DNA of 64,000 bases from the human T2T-CHM13v2.0 reference genome, Homo sapiens. The notes beneath the pieces are model-generated. The model was not told the origin of the DNA, searched no databases, and saw only the letters and a program-made list of their open reading frames with translations. The DNA lies in NCBI RefSeq assembly GCF_009914755.1, contig NC_060928.1; one strand, given 5' to 3'. Made by a program: the position numbers and the translations under genes. Of this stretch, positions 1 through 13,718 are shown piece after piece; position 1 is the first letter of the stretch; every line of letters begins with the position of its first letter.

Positions 1-169
1 CTGGATGGAATTTTTTTAATGTCCTTCCTGTAAAATCAAGTATCATTCAAATGTAAGGATCCTGCATAAAGTGTCTCTGAGTGTACAATTATGTTCATGT
101 ATTCATGCATCCAACTATTATATAATATTGAGTAGATACAATTTGCCAGGCAAGTGTTCTAGTCACTAA

Positions 170-504
<335 letters not shown>

Positions 505-700
505 ATAATACACAATCTATAGCTGCAAGAAGCTCAGAAATTAGTGGGCATGATAGAAAAAAAAAGATAATTATAAAAAATAGAGATATGTATAGGGTAA
601 TAAACACAGAGAAGATGAATTAATCAGGTTAGAGTGAGGGGATACCGCTCTCCTGGGAGTGGAATAGGTACCTAATGCTAGACTATTCTCCCTCCCCTTC

Positions 701-1085
701 TGTATTAGTCCGTTTCACGCTACTGATAAAGACATACTTGAGATGAGACTGGGCAATTTACAAAGAAGTTTAATGGATTCACAGTTCCACCTGAGGAGGA
801 ACTCACAGTCACGAGGCTGAGGAGGCTTCACAATCATGGCAGAAGGTGAAAGGCACGTCTCACATGGTGGCAGACAAGAGAAGAAAATGAAAACCCAGTG
901 AAAGGGCTTTCCCCTTATAAAACCATCAGATCTTGTGAGACTTATTCACTACCACGAGAATAGTTTGGGGGAATCCGCCCTCCTGATTCAGTTATCTCCC
1001 ACTGGGTCCCTCTCGCAACACAAGGGAATTATGGGAGCTGCAATTCAAGATGAGATTTGGGTGGGGACACAGCCAAACCATATTA
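701..1085 (-). mobile_element. THE1-type (MaLR) solo LTR
   Basis: TGTATTAGTCCG...GGGGACACAGCCAAACCATATTA termini; perfect 5-bp TSD CCTTC at 696-700 and 1086-1090. Confidence 0.9.
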
Positions 1086-1479
1086 CCTTCCATAAAAACT
1101 CCTAGGTTTAAATCACCCATTCTTTCTTCTGAAGCAACTATCTAAGTGTCACCCCCTCATTCTTTGTCAATTCTAGCTCTCAGCAAACTGTGACTCCTCA
1201 CCACAACCCCTTCTTATTCTTGCTGACTTTAATGATCTTGATTAGAGCAGTAGATAATTCTTCTAGTTGGCCTCTCAGTTAGGTAACTCTAAACCCTCTA
1301 TCTATTTCTGTGTCTAACTTCACACTTGCCAGCCCCTCCTATGTTTCAGCTCACTCTCTTCAGAACCCCAATTCCGAAATTCTTTTATTCTGCTGGGTCC
1401 TTCAGTCATAGTTTCACTCTTCCTCATTCACATCATGCCCTTACCTCTGCCCAGCACAAATTTCATAGTCATTTATGCT

Positions 1480-3095
1480 ACTCCCTTACGTATTCATACT
1501 ACCTGCATTTCACTCAATTAAATTCAACTCACATTCATGCAATCAAATGTGGCTACAGGAAACACCCAGCCACACTAACTGTGCTCATTTTAGATTCATG
1601 ATCACTAACCTCAAGTCAGCTGGTAATGCTGCCTGACAATCTCGCTCTATCTTCTAAGTCTATTCACTCTCGATCCCTGCTATCTGACCATTCTATATTT
1701 TCTTCAAACTTATGTAGACTTCTTTCCTTGTCTTCATTTCCCATAACACTGAGAGAATTCAAGCAATTGGAAGATAATTTCCAGAGACTCCCACCTCCAT
1801 ATCTATCCATATCTATCCAGTGACATGACTTGGAGCCCATGTAGTCTACATTCTCTCCCGTTACTATCATCTGGTGTGATTGCTTGGTCCTGTCTTCTCA
1901 AAACACTTTCTTTATTTACTTTCTGGGACATTACATTCTTCTGACTTTCCTTCTGTTTTCCTAGCTGCCACTTCTCAGTCTCCTTTACTAGTTCCTCCTC
2001 ATCTCTCAGGTCTCTGAATGTTAGAACCTCCAGAGCTCAGTCTTTGTATCTTTTCTCTATCGGCACTCACTTACTATGAAATCTCATGCAGTTCTATCTT
2101 TAAGTAGTACCTGTATGCTGGTGCCACGAGTGTACATCTCCAGAATTCCGTATGTAGATGTCAGCTCCCCATTGCCACTTGGATGTCTCCTGGGCATCTC
2201 AAATTTAGTAAGCTCAAAATTAAGCACTGGATATAACACCCACCCCTCAACCTAATCTTCCTGTTATCCTTCTTATCTCAACAAATGGCCATCTAATTTT
2301 TTTTAGTTTCTCAGGCCAAATACCCATGTCATGTTGGACTCTTCTTTTTCTCACTTTCCACATTCTGTCACCAAACACTGTCACCTCTTCCTTCAAAATG
2401 TGTCACTAATTCAGCAGCTTGCCAACAATCTCATTACTACCACTCTGGTCCAGATCACCATCAACCCTACCTGGAGGACTGCAAGAGGCCCCTAATTGAC
2501 TTCCCTTCTTTTGCATTCTGTCCATATGGTCTATTCTCAGCACAGCAGCAAGAGTAATCCTGTTGCCCTAAACCTTCCAACAGCACCCCATGTCTCTCTG
2601 AGTAAAAGTCAAACCTGCAAGGTCTCTCACCTCTTTGAATTCCTCCCCTTATCCATCCTCCTCAATCACTTGCCTTAAACCACATTCTTCTCCTTACGAT
2701 TATTGATATCGATCATGCCCGTTATAATCCCAACACAATATATTTGCACTTGCCTTTTCTAAGCCTCAGGTGTTTTTCCCCCAAGTCAACAAGACTAGCT
2801 CTCTTACTTCCTTCACGTCAAAACTCATCTTCTCAGTGAGGCCATTTCTGGACATCCTATCAAAATTGCACTCACGTACACAAACTCCCTAGGCCATTCG
2901 GTGTTTTTGTTTTCTCCTTTCCATTGATGGCCATCCAATATACTATATACTTTAATTCTTATTGTTTTTAAATTGTATGTCTGTCTTCCACACTAGAATG
3001 TAACCTCGATAGAGACGGGGGTTTCCTGTCTGTTGTGTTCCCTGCTGTATCCACAGTACTTGAACAGGGCTTGAGTAGGTGCTAAGTAAATATGC
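1480..3095 (+). mobile_element. Degraded L2 LINE, 3' region (boundaries approximate)
   Basis: pyrimidine-rich L2 motifs (CACTTGGATGTCTC, CATCTCAAA) ending in an L2-type tail TAGAATGTAA...TAGGTGCTAAGTAAATA. Confidence 0.65.
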
Positions 3096-4457
3096 GTAAA
3101 ATCAACAAAAGATTAGATGATGAATATTTTATTTTCCACGTAAATAACCTTCAAATAGGTAAAACAGCATCAATGAATGTTAATTTTTCAAAGAAACATG
3201 CAACACTCCAGTCCAAACGTCATCAAGCCTTGAATTTCTTCTACACTTTGCAATTATCTTCCCCTCAATGCATAAATACTTCTCATCAGCCTGTTGCTGT
3301 TTTCTAAACTTATTTAATGAACTTCTAAACATGAAAGTAATAATTATGAATGAAGATTATTTCAAAATATATGAATAATTTATAAGTCACATATACTCTA
3401 CCACAATTAAGAATTAATGTATTTGTTTTTGTTGTCCCTCACTGTTGAAATCACCTTCCTTGTTGAGAATATTGGGCGGGGGGCCTTTTCTGGTAAAATA
3501 TCCAGATACAATTTCTGCTTTGTTGAATGTAATGACTGTCAAACTGGATACTTGGCGAACAATCCTTTTTCTAGTGGCCATATTTGCATTGGTATTAATA
3601 AAAGACAATAGTCCCATCTCTTTAATAGGCAAATTGTTTTTTAAAATTTAGTTTTTTCCTAAGTTTACATATTGTTTCCTGAAAGTTTATTTATTTAGCT
3701 TTAAAAAAAATGAGAGTCTTACCGAGTCTGATGAACAGTGCATTACCCTGCTTTCTTGTGTTCCTGCTGTTGACCTTACTCTAGAATTAAGGCTAAAGCT
3801 GTTTTGGTCCATATTAATGAAGACAAATTTAGATTATCCTCAACTGTAAAAGTTGTGAGGTCATTGGCACATGGCCTACATTTGCCTCACACTCTTCTAG
3901 CCCTTACCTACCTGTTTTCTCCAAGTCCAATTCAAGTAGTCTCCTAATACTATAGGTAAAAGGAATTGTAAAATTTCAGAGGAACATGGATCTAAAAGAT
4001 GGTCAAAGTTTCCATACCTCCCTGACCTGCCCACTTGCTTCTCATTCACCCACTTCCCTCTGTATTTATAAGAAATGCAGGCAGAGAGATTAAGTGAATG
4101 CAGACTGCTATGCATGGAGTTGGATACAAATAACTGAAGCATTAGGTATTATTTATTTTTCTGTATTTAATATTGCCCTAATAACTGTAAAATCAGGCTA
4201 AATTGCCACACATACCATGCATGACAGACATACTAATTTGCATTTTTGTCTATGGTAGCATAATTATGAAATTAAATTATCTCTTAGTGTTCATCTCTGC
4301 GAAATATAGTCTGCTGTATATTCTGATGTCAAATGGAAATTATTTTTTCCCCTGCCACTAACTGTGTTAGAGATCAAGAATCAACTTTGCTGTACTTTGG
4401 AACCTGAAAATAATGAAAAAAAAAAAGGACATTATTTTGTTTTCTTTTAATGTGCAG

Positions 4458-4655
4458 AATGGGCTGTCTCCACTACACATGGCTGCCCAGGGAGACCACG
4501 TGGAATGTGTGAAGCACCTGTTACAGCACAAGGCACCTGTTGATGATGTCACCCTAGACTACCTGACAGCCCTCCACGTTGCTGCGCACTGTGGCCACTA
4601 CCGTGTAACCAAACTCCTTTTAGACAAGAGAGCCAATCCGAACGCCAGAGCCCTG
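4458..4655 (+). CDS. ANK2: ANK2 coding exon (exon 11), two ankyrin repeats [14 protein letters not shown]...ANPNARAL
   Basis: tgcAG|AAT...CTG|GTaaac; 198 nt, phase 0/0; translation matches ankyrin-B as I recall it. Confidence 0.97.
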
Positions 4656-6772
4656 GTAAACTTGGCCCAGTCCACATTAACTGAATACAGATTGAGACAA
4701 ACAAACCCACATTCATTGACCAACATGCATACACCAGCAATGCAAGGTTACAGATATGTAGTTAATCCTGCTAAATTTGTCATCCTTCACAATCAGCCTG
4801 TGTACTTCATACATTCATAGTTTGTTAGCAAATGCTGGTGAGCAAAGATGTATTTAAGAGAACACCAATGTAACATTTCTGAAACTAGTGAGTTGCAAAC
4901 AGATAGATATGAAACCTTTGGAGTGATAAGCAGTTTTAAATGGAAAATAGAAGTTGAAAAATAGGAAATTACAAAATAAATTCTAGATACCTCTAGATAA
5001 AGTTAGAACACGAGTATGAAAAGTTGAATTTATTAATCTCTTTTTGGAAAAAAAATTAATGGTGAATATATTTGACTATGTAAGGGGGTATAAAATGTAA
5101 GTCTATGCAGAGTTCAATTGAAAATTTTCATTGTTGACTTGATTACTCAACCATAGGCTAATAGAAAAGTTATGCCTAGTGTGTTACGGCTTCAGGGAGC
5201 ATTTTATATACACCATTTCAGGAACTGCTCAAGAGAAAACTGCAAGAGGCTGTCCCTAGAGCAGCTTTATGTCTCCCCAGTTCTGATATTGAATAAGTCT
5301 TCCTTGCTTCACTTATTTTCTAACAATAATCATTGGAAGTATTAGACATGTACTAATTTATGCCTCTTGTGTCCTAATTCCCAAACTAAAAGTAAATCCT
5401 TTTTTTCTATGTGTTTACATGGTTTGTGTCTGTTAAAATTGGTCTTCAAACAATCAGTATTTAAGCTGAGAGACCATCATTAGAATCATCAAATATTAAA
5501 TATGATTTTTACAAGAATTTTTCCATTGGAATCAATTTATTGATAATTACGTGGGAAGTGAATATATTTTCCAGATTATATGTAATTATGTGAAAACATT
5601 CATTTTGTCTAGGGAGTCAAAAACATTAATTTTTAATTGGATAGTGGTCAATAAGCTTATAAAATATCACAGCCTGTTAATTGCAAATATTTTAAGTGCT
5701 GCATGTGCATGTGGCTATTTATATCTGGCATGTTGTATAGCTCATAAACAGGGGAAATGACCTAACCAATTAATTATGTTTATCACTCTATTGTGAAAAA
5801 TAAGAAGTCATCAGCTTAAGTAAGACCATATGCTTTCCTGAGAACTGCTAGTGTGTAAAAACGTTGACTGATGATTGGTCCATGTTGGGACATGCGAAAT
5901 TGTTAGCTGGCAGAATAGACATAACAAAGGAACATTGTTGAAATAAAAAAAATATATAATACACGATGAGTAAGCACCGGGCCATTTAACATATTTTACT
6001 TAATTTGCCCCAATTCCTGGGCATTAGCCTAGTTCGCCAAGTTAGAAAGTACCTGACAGACTTCTTCTCCACATTTCTTTACCCCAGAGCTACCTCCTTG
6101 CATTTATCCCAGAAATTCTCCATACATTTCTTGAAAATATTCGAGAACTTAACAGTCATTTCTTTATACAATAAAATTTATCTCATTGGCATATATGTTA
6201 TAAAAATGATATAAAAATATAGCTTCTGTATGTAAAAATGATCAACATAATGATTTCTGCTGACTAGAAATATGCCCTTTATAAAGAAAGTCGTAGCAAA
6301 GTTGAAATATTTCTTACAAAGGCAGTATATTCTTAGATTTTTTAAGTAGATGAATAATTCTTATGCTCTGAGAAATGGCCCTTCAGAAGAATATATGCTT
6401 ATCTTCAGTTCATCTTCAAGTAATTTAATAACCAGGACAATCAATATACCTTAAAACATCTTAGAACTTCTAAAATGTAATTGCTTCTCTGTTTTTCTTT
6501 CTTTAAAGAGAAGGACCATGTATTTTTCTTCACTTTTGTTTTCCCTGTAACCACACAAACAGAATTACGTACAGGCCCACCACACATAAGTGAAGTTCAG
6601 TGCCTACAGGAACACATCACCATTTTTCTTTCCAAATTCCAACACCTGCAGGGATTGAAGAAATGGTAACATTATGTGACGATGTAACATTATTGCCTGC
6701 AATGTGCCAGCATGGAGTTGTGTGAGAATTGTTTCTGCATGTTTTCAACTAACTTGATTGTCTTTTGCACAG

Positions 6773-6871
6773 AATGGTTTTACTCCACTGCACATTGCCT
6801 GCAAGAAAAACCGCATCAAAGTCATGGAACTGCTGGTGAAATATGGGGCTTCAATCCAAGCTATAACAGAG
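6773..6871 (+). CDS. ANK2: ANK2 exon 12, [33 protein letters not shown]
   Basis: cacAG|AAT...GAG|GTagaa; 99 nt; branch-like ACTAAC at 6748-6753. Confidence 0.97.
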
Positions 6872-7035
6872 GTAGAAAAATGTTTTAGCTAGTCACAAAG
6901 CATTCCTTCTCTTACTCCTTCCTCCCTTTCCTTTTTCTCATCTTCTGTCCTCTTCACTCAAGTTTTATTTATCTGAAGAAGCCCCAAAGCCCCACCGGTG
7001 CAGAGGAGTAAAACTGCTGTTGCTTTGTTTCGCAG

Positions 7036-7134
7036 TCTGGCCTCACACCAATACATGTGGCTGCCTTCATGGGCCACTTGAACATTGTCCTCCTTCTGCT
7101 GCAGAACGGAGCCTCTCCAGATGTCACTAACATT
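7036..7134 (+). CDS. ANK2: ANK2 exon 13, [33 protein letters not shown]
   Basis: cgcAG|TCT...ATT|GTgagt; 99 nt; preceded by a 164-nt intron. Confidence 0.97.
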
Positions 7135-8495
7135 GTGAGTATGGCTTGGGTCAGAATAACCCCAGGGAGGAAGAGCGAGAGGAACAGAGATTGTGGGTGT
7201 GTGTATGTGTGTTTGCGTGTATGTCATCGAAGTAAGCAACCAAGCTTTGAGAAGGGCCCTTGTAATAACACATTATTGAAATAATCACCAGAACTTCACT
7301 GAAAAGAACCTGGATAGGGTAAGAGGTGTTATAAAGTAAAATGGAAGCTATGAAGTGAGACAGCTTAAGACTCTGGGTGTAGGTGGATTGAACATGCATC
7401 TTAAATGCATTTATTAAAACAAAATACATTTTAAAAGCTCCTCTGCAAGTGAATGGATAATTGGTTCGAATAGAATCTTTAGGGCTCAACCTAGTTGCTT
7501 GAGGGAATTGTATTCCAGGCAATTTTCACAAAAACATCAAATCATTACCATAATTAACCTTAACAAAAGATTAACCAGAGATAGATCAATATCAGAGACT
7601 TTTACTTCGTGTCAAACTCTTCCTTCTTCAATTACATGGATTTCCCATTTTGTAACATTACGTTGATTTTTACTTTTGATTTGATCTGATTTGCTAGAGT
7701 GGAGGCTTCTCTTAGCTGAAAGTTATACCACATATCCTGGAATGAACGTTGGTCTCCAGACCACTTTCATTCAATCAACAAGTACTGGATGTCTCAGAAT
7801 TTTTCTATGTAATCTAAATTAGGATTTTCACTTCTAATTTCTTTGTATATCTCTCATTTTCTTGGATTTTCCCCCTTTAAACTTTGGTCATTGTATCAGG
7901 ATAAATCATTGAATGCAAATGTTCTCCTGAGCAAGAGAACTTCTTTGCACAAGGTGCAGGCATGTATTTGAAGTTCAAGAAGGTCTAGTAGAGTATTGAG
8001 ATTCACATGTGCACCAGAAATAACTCTCTCAAAATAAATAAGCTTATTATTAAAATGAGCTATGTTGTCAAAAGCAATTGATTGGCACTTGTTGCTAATT
8101 TTTGGCATCTCATTCCATTTAAGCTGTGAAAGAGAATGTCCAGTTTCACTTTTTATTTGTATTCTCTCTCATATTTCTTTTTTTCTGTATTTCACACACC
8201 ATTTCCACAGTGAAGTTTCTGATGGCTAGGAAAATCCATTGTGAGAATTAATTCAATTGAGTTTAAAAATTATTTAATACTCTCTCTTCATGTTATTCAG
8301 TAATTGGAGCATAAAATCATTGAAGAATTTAAAGTCTATATTTATAAGTTTTCTTAATTATAGCTTATTGGTCCTAAGGTCATAATATTATATGCTAATC
8401 TTTATTTACTCCATTAGACATGAGAGTAATTTCACAATGTGCCAACATAAGTTTAATTTCTAGTCACTTCTTAGAACTTTAAAAGTAATCATCAT

Positions 8496-8652
8496 CCCCC
8501 CCCTTTTTTTTTTGAGATGACTACCTTTTTTTTTCTTTTTTTTTTTTTTAATTGAGACCTGAACAGATTTACGTACAGGCCAGTAACATTAAAACAAAAA
8601 ACAAACAACAACAACAGCAACCAACAAAAGAAACAAGCAAACAAACAAAAAA
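8496..8652. repeat. Low complexity: C and T homopolymer runs followed by a CAA/CAAA-rich tract
   Basis: seen directly. Confidence 0.8.
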
Positions 8653-9279
8653 CCGCTGTGTTCTTGCCCGCCTTTTCCTTTTTTATCTCCACCTATTCTT
8701 ATTTGCATTCCAATGCTTATAGGATCAGAGGAGCAATAGTGACACTGTTACAATATGTTATCACATTATAATGATAACATGTACAAGAATATTCTGTGGG
8801 TTGCTTGATTGCAATCCCCTGAATTAATCTCTTTTAGTGGAGACTTTTACAAACTCTTCAAAGAATAATCCATATAAAATGGTTGTGGAATTTGTGGCCA
8901 CTCTTACTTTGCTTCTTCACTGACCAATTCCAAATCTTCAGGTGGTTATGGAGTTATAATATACTCCCTTCTATTAAAAAAGTTATATGGGGTACATGTA
9001 TATTTTCAAATAAAAATAAAATATTAATTGAAACAAACAATTTTGACATATTTTTCAGGTTGTTGAAGACTTTCAAATTTGACAATCATTATATTAAACT
9101 TCAGCTTCCAACTGTTGGTCATTTAAAGTTCTTCATTTTATCTGTTCATTTGTCCATTATATTATCTTTCCATCCAGCTCCCTCAAAACAAATTCTTGAG
9201 GGGCACATGCCAATATAATTTCCGTGTTTTCTAGTTATGTTTTGTAAGGTAGGTCCTTCAGGAAGCAGATACCTATTGA

Positions 9280-9458
9280 TAGGGTTGCCAGGTAAAATAT
9301 AGGACTCTCAGTTAAATTTAAATTTCAGATGAAAAATAAATTTTTATATATGACCCATGCAATAGTTAAGACATAGTAAAATAATTATTTGTTGTTTGTC
9401 TGGAATTAAAATTTAACTGGCTGTCCTGTACTTTTAATTGCTAAATCTGGCAATCCTA
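9280..9458. mobile_element. MER53 palindromic hAT MITE
   Basis: TIRs TAGGGTTGCCAG / CTGGCAATCCTA; internal inverted arms CAGTTAAATTT / AAATTTAACTG. Confidence 0.85.
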
Positions 9459-10628
9459 CATTTAGAGGAATTTAACTTTCTCTAGCAGTGGGATGCCTGT
9501 GAAGTTGTGTTTTCTCAGAACATGAGGATATAGCTACTGGATCCAAAATTCTTTGCAAGTTGATGAAGAAACCGTGTGAACGCTGACTGCCTGCTTGCTG
9601 TGTCAGAGTTGGTCACTTCCTGACCCTAAAACACCCCACCCTTGGAGCCTTTGTGTGTTGCCTGAAATCATGTTGCATTTTTGAATGCAATGCTGTTTGT
9701 TGTGCTTCGATGCTTTTCAACTTGATGCGCCCAAAGTGGAAGTCAATGTAGCCCTGTCAGCAGAGTCAGTTTTAACAACTGAGAAGAGTGGCATGAAATT
9801 TAGTACCTGCTTTGGACATGAGCATACCCATTCTCTTGCTAGTTTTGTTTTTGCCTGAAAATTCACTCCAAGTGTGAGGTGTACCAGTAACTCAATCACG
9901 TATAGACATTTTTTTTTTAACTGAAAATCTCCTTTTCCAGAAGGTTTATTAATACGCTTTGAAACTTAGAATGCCGAACTGCCAATTACAACACATCCAT
10001 AATCCAAAGTATTCATCAATAACCATAGGAATAGAAAACTAAGCATTTTAACAACTATCAAGAAAGAATGCAAGGTCTTACAAAGTTTTATCTTCCTTCC
10101 CATAAGAAATCAGTGGACTAATGGTAAAGTTCACACATTATATTATGCTTAAAAATTTCCCCGAATCCTTAAATTTCATTAGCTTGAGATAAGAAAGACA
10201 AGGCTATTAAATAAAATAGGGTGCCTGACAATCAAGACATGGAAATTATTTATTACAACAATATATCCTGATTTTCATTTTCTTATTTATTCTTATATAT
10301 AAACAATGGTAATATTAACATAAAAGACTAATAAGGGCAACTTACAGTAGAAGTCCATTATGCCAGAGGTGTTAGATAATAATTAAACAAGACCATTATT
10401 ATAAAGTGGAGAGACCATGTGTGTGTTTATACATAACCTTTGTTTGAATTTAAGCCTTAGTGCTTTAAATTAGATTCTATATCTAACTCATCAATTTCAA
10501 GTGTGTAAAACCCATAAAAAAAACTTAAGTATAAAATAAAGGTTTTAGAAATATTGGCCAGTATTGGAAACATTTCAGATTTTGAAAGCCCCTTATTGAT
10601 AAAGCTTGGCTTAAAAAATAAACATGAA

Positions 10629-10792
10629 GGCCAAGCGTGGTGGTGGATGCCTGTAATCCCAGCTACTTGGGAGGCTGAGGCAGGAGAATCACTTGAACCA
10701 AAGAGGTGGAGGTTGCAATGAGCCTAGATTGCACCACTGCACTCCAGCCTGGGGTACAGAGTGAAACTTTGTCTCTACATAAATAAATAAAT
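10629..10792 (+). mobile_element. Alu monomer (right-arm type)
   Basis: single arm with (TAAA)n tail; TSD AATAAACATGAA at 10617-10628 and 10793-10804. Confidence 0.85.
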
Positions 10793-10950
10793 AATAAACA
10801 TGAAAATTTGTCATTACATAGGAATTCCTGGGACCTCTTTGACTTTTAACTTCTTATACAGAAATTTATTCTTATCATCATTTCTACCAAAATTAGTAAA
10901 ATTGCTAGCCTTTTATCAGACCTAGAAATAACGTAAAGATTTGAGGAGTA

Positions 10951-11252
10951 TTGTTTTTGTTTTTCTGAGACACGACCTTGCCCTGTCACCTAAGCTGGAA
11001 TACAGTGGGCAAGATTATGGCTCACTGCAGCCTCAACCTCCTAGGCACAGGCTATCCTCCTGCCTCAGCCTCCCAAGTAGCTGGAACTACAGGCATGCAC
11101 CACTATGCCTGGCTAATTTATTTATTTATTTATTTAGAGAAGAGATCTTGCTATGTCTCCCACCCTGGTCTTGAATGCTTGACTTCAAGCAATACTCCTG
11201 CCTTGGCCTCCCAAAGTGCTGGGATTACAGGCTTGAGCCACTGCAACTGGTC
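10951..11252 (-). mobile_element. AluJ
   Basis: diverged dimer with CTCACTGCAGCCTCAACCTCC. Confidence 0.85.
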
Positions 11253-11273
11253 TTGTTTTGTTTTGTTTGAATA

Positions 11274-11610
11274 CCATCGGCCCTCTGTATCAGTAGCTTC
11301 TGTATCAGTGGGTTCTAAATCCATGGATTTAATCAATCTTGGATTGAAAATATTTGAAAAAATAAAAATAAAAAACTACAATAAAAATAACAAAAAATTT
11401 TAAAAAGTACAGTATAACAACTATATAGCATTTACATTGTGTTAGGTATTATAAGTAATATAGAGCTGAATTATACAGGATTATGTGCATAGGTTACTTG
11501 CAAATACTACACCATTTTATATAAAGGACTTGAGCATCCATGTATTTTGGTATTGGTGGGGGAAACAGGAGGCCTGGGACCAATCCCTCACCAATACAGA
11601 GGGACAACTG
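11274..11610 (-). mobile_element. MER2 (TcMar-Tigger) DNA transposon
   Basis: TA-flanked; ends ATACAGAGGGACAACTG; internal GCAAATACTACACCATTTTATATAAAGGACTTGAGCATCC. Confidence 0.8.
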
Positions 11611-11630
11611 TAGTTAGAAGATTTTAGCCT

Positions 11631-11952
<322 letters not shown>

Positions 11953-13188
11953 TTAGAGACAGGTTTTAAATGATATGGAAAACAAGTTAGAAATCATGAT
12001 TGTCTGTCCAGGGAGGAAAAATCTTGTGATACATCTAAAGTCTGAAGATAAATATTAGCATTCCAATGATACATCGTTTTATAAAACAACATACTCCAGA
12101 TACATTTACTTTACAAAAGTCTAAATCTGTTATCAGAAAATAAGCCCATTAGAGGATAAATGAGTCATCAACAAAGAAGAGAAAATTAGAGTAGATATCC
12201 AATTTAGTGCTTTCACAATCAAATCATTTGACATGAATTTCTCATAACTTCAAAAGAAATGGGTCTCCAAAATACTGAGAAAAAATTAACTGTGAACTAT
12301 GTGCCAAATTAAAGTTCACCTTAAAGTTTCTAGATTTAAGGGTTTGTTGTACAAGGAATCAGAAGAAATTATTCTCTGCAGTTTGTCAATTACCACAACC
12401 AAATTTAAAATCAAATTTAGTTTATTTGGAATGGTTTACTTTACTTGGTTGAAATCATCCTTATCTTCTAGAACAGTTGTGGTAAATCAATCTGTAATAA
12501 TTTTTATTCCAATATCTTATTCTAACTGTAAAATTACTTGAGTGAATGAAACCCTGCCTTCTTTAGAACTATATATGGTTTTAAAATATGCTGATTTTTA
12601 AAAACCTCTCTCTTAGAGACAGTAGAGTAATAACCGGCTACTTGATGAGAAAATTCTCTTAATCAAACCCTTGTTCTTCATGCTACACCTAAAGCCACCC
12701 TTTCCTGACAAATGTGTCATATTTTGGGGTAGAACAAAGATACCTGAGGCATGATGCATGGCCTACCTCAACAGATGACACTGCTGACAGTCACTTTATT
12801 CATCTTTCAGTGGCTCTCTCAAATAACTGTCTATAATTAAATATGCTCATTAATCTTAAATAGAGGACCTCCTGGGCAAATCAAATTTCTTGTCTGATCC
12901 ATTTTTGTCTAGTCTCATAACACAAAAAAATCAGATACAAAATAATATTTTATTTCAGAAGGAAATTTTGAATCTTGAAATGATTTATTTATGGTATAAG
13001 TGGTATTAATTTTTTGCAACGTGTTGATCTTCAGCATCTAGTTTCTCACTGAAATAGATTCAAGTTGTGATCACATAGTTAAGTGAGACAATGACAGATT
13101 TTTAGGTTTTTAGGGTAAAAGAAAACTTCATCACCAAAATCAATTTAAAGGGATGCTTAAGCTGCTGATTGTGAAGTGAAACAACTCA

Positions 13189-13468
<280 letters not shown>

Positions 13469-13619
13469 CTATATTTTCCAGACTAAATAATTATGCCTTT
13501 TCATAGGTTTCTTAAATCCTTGGATATATTGCTGAATTTCACAAAAAGGGACAACTTTATTCTTTACCATCCAGAGCGGTGGGTTAATTTATGATTTGAC
13601 GATCTTTGTTCCCTGGCAG

Positions 13620-13718
13620 CGTGGTGAGACGGCACTACACATGGCAGCCCGAGCCGGGCAGGTGGAAGTGGTCCGATGCCTCCTGAGAAATGGTGCCCTT
13701 GTTGATGCCAGAGCCAGG
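13620..13718 (+). CDS. ANK2: ANK2 exon 14, [33 protein letters not shown]
   Basis: ggcAG|CGT...AGG|GTaggt; 99 nt. Confidence 0.97.

Noticed and set aside
4413-4820. 135-aa ORF (likewise 31440..31817 and 59968..60273) as standalone genes
   Set aside because: ANK2 exons read through into flanking intron; similarity to ankyrin-B stops at the splice sites.
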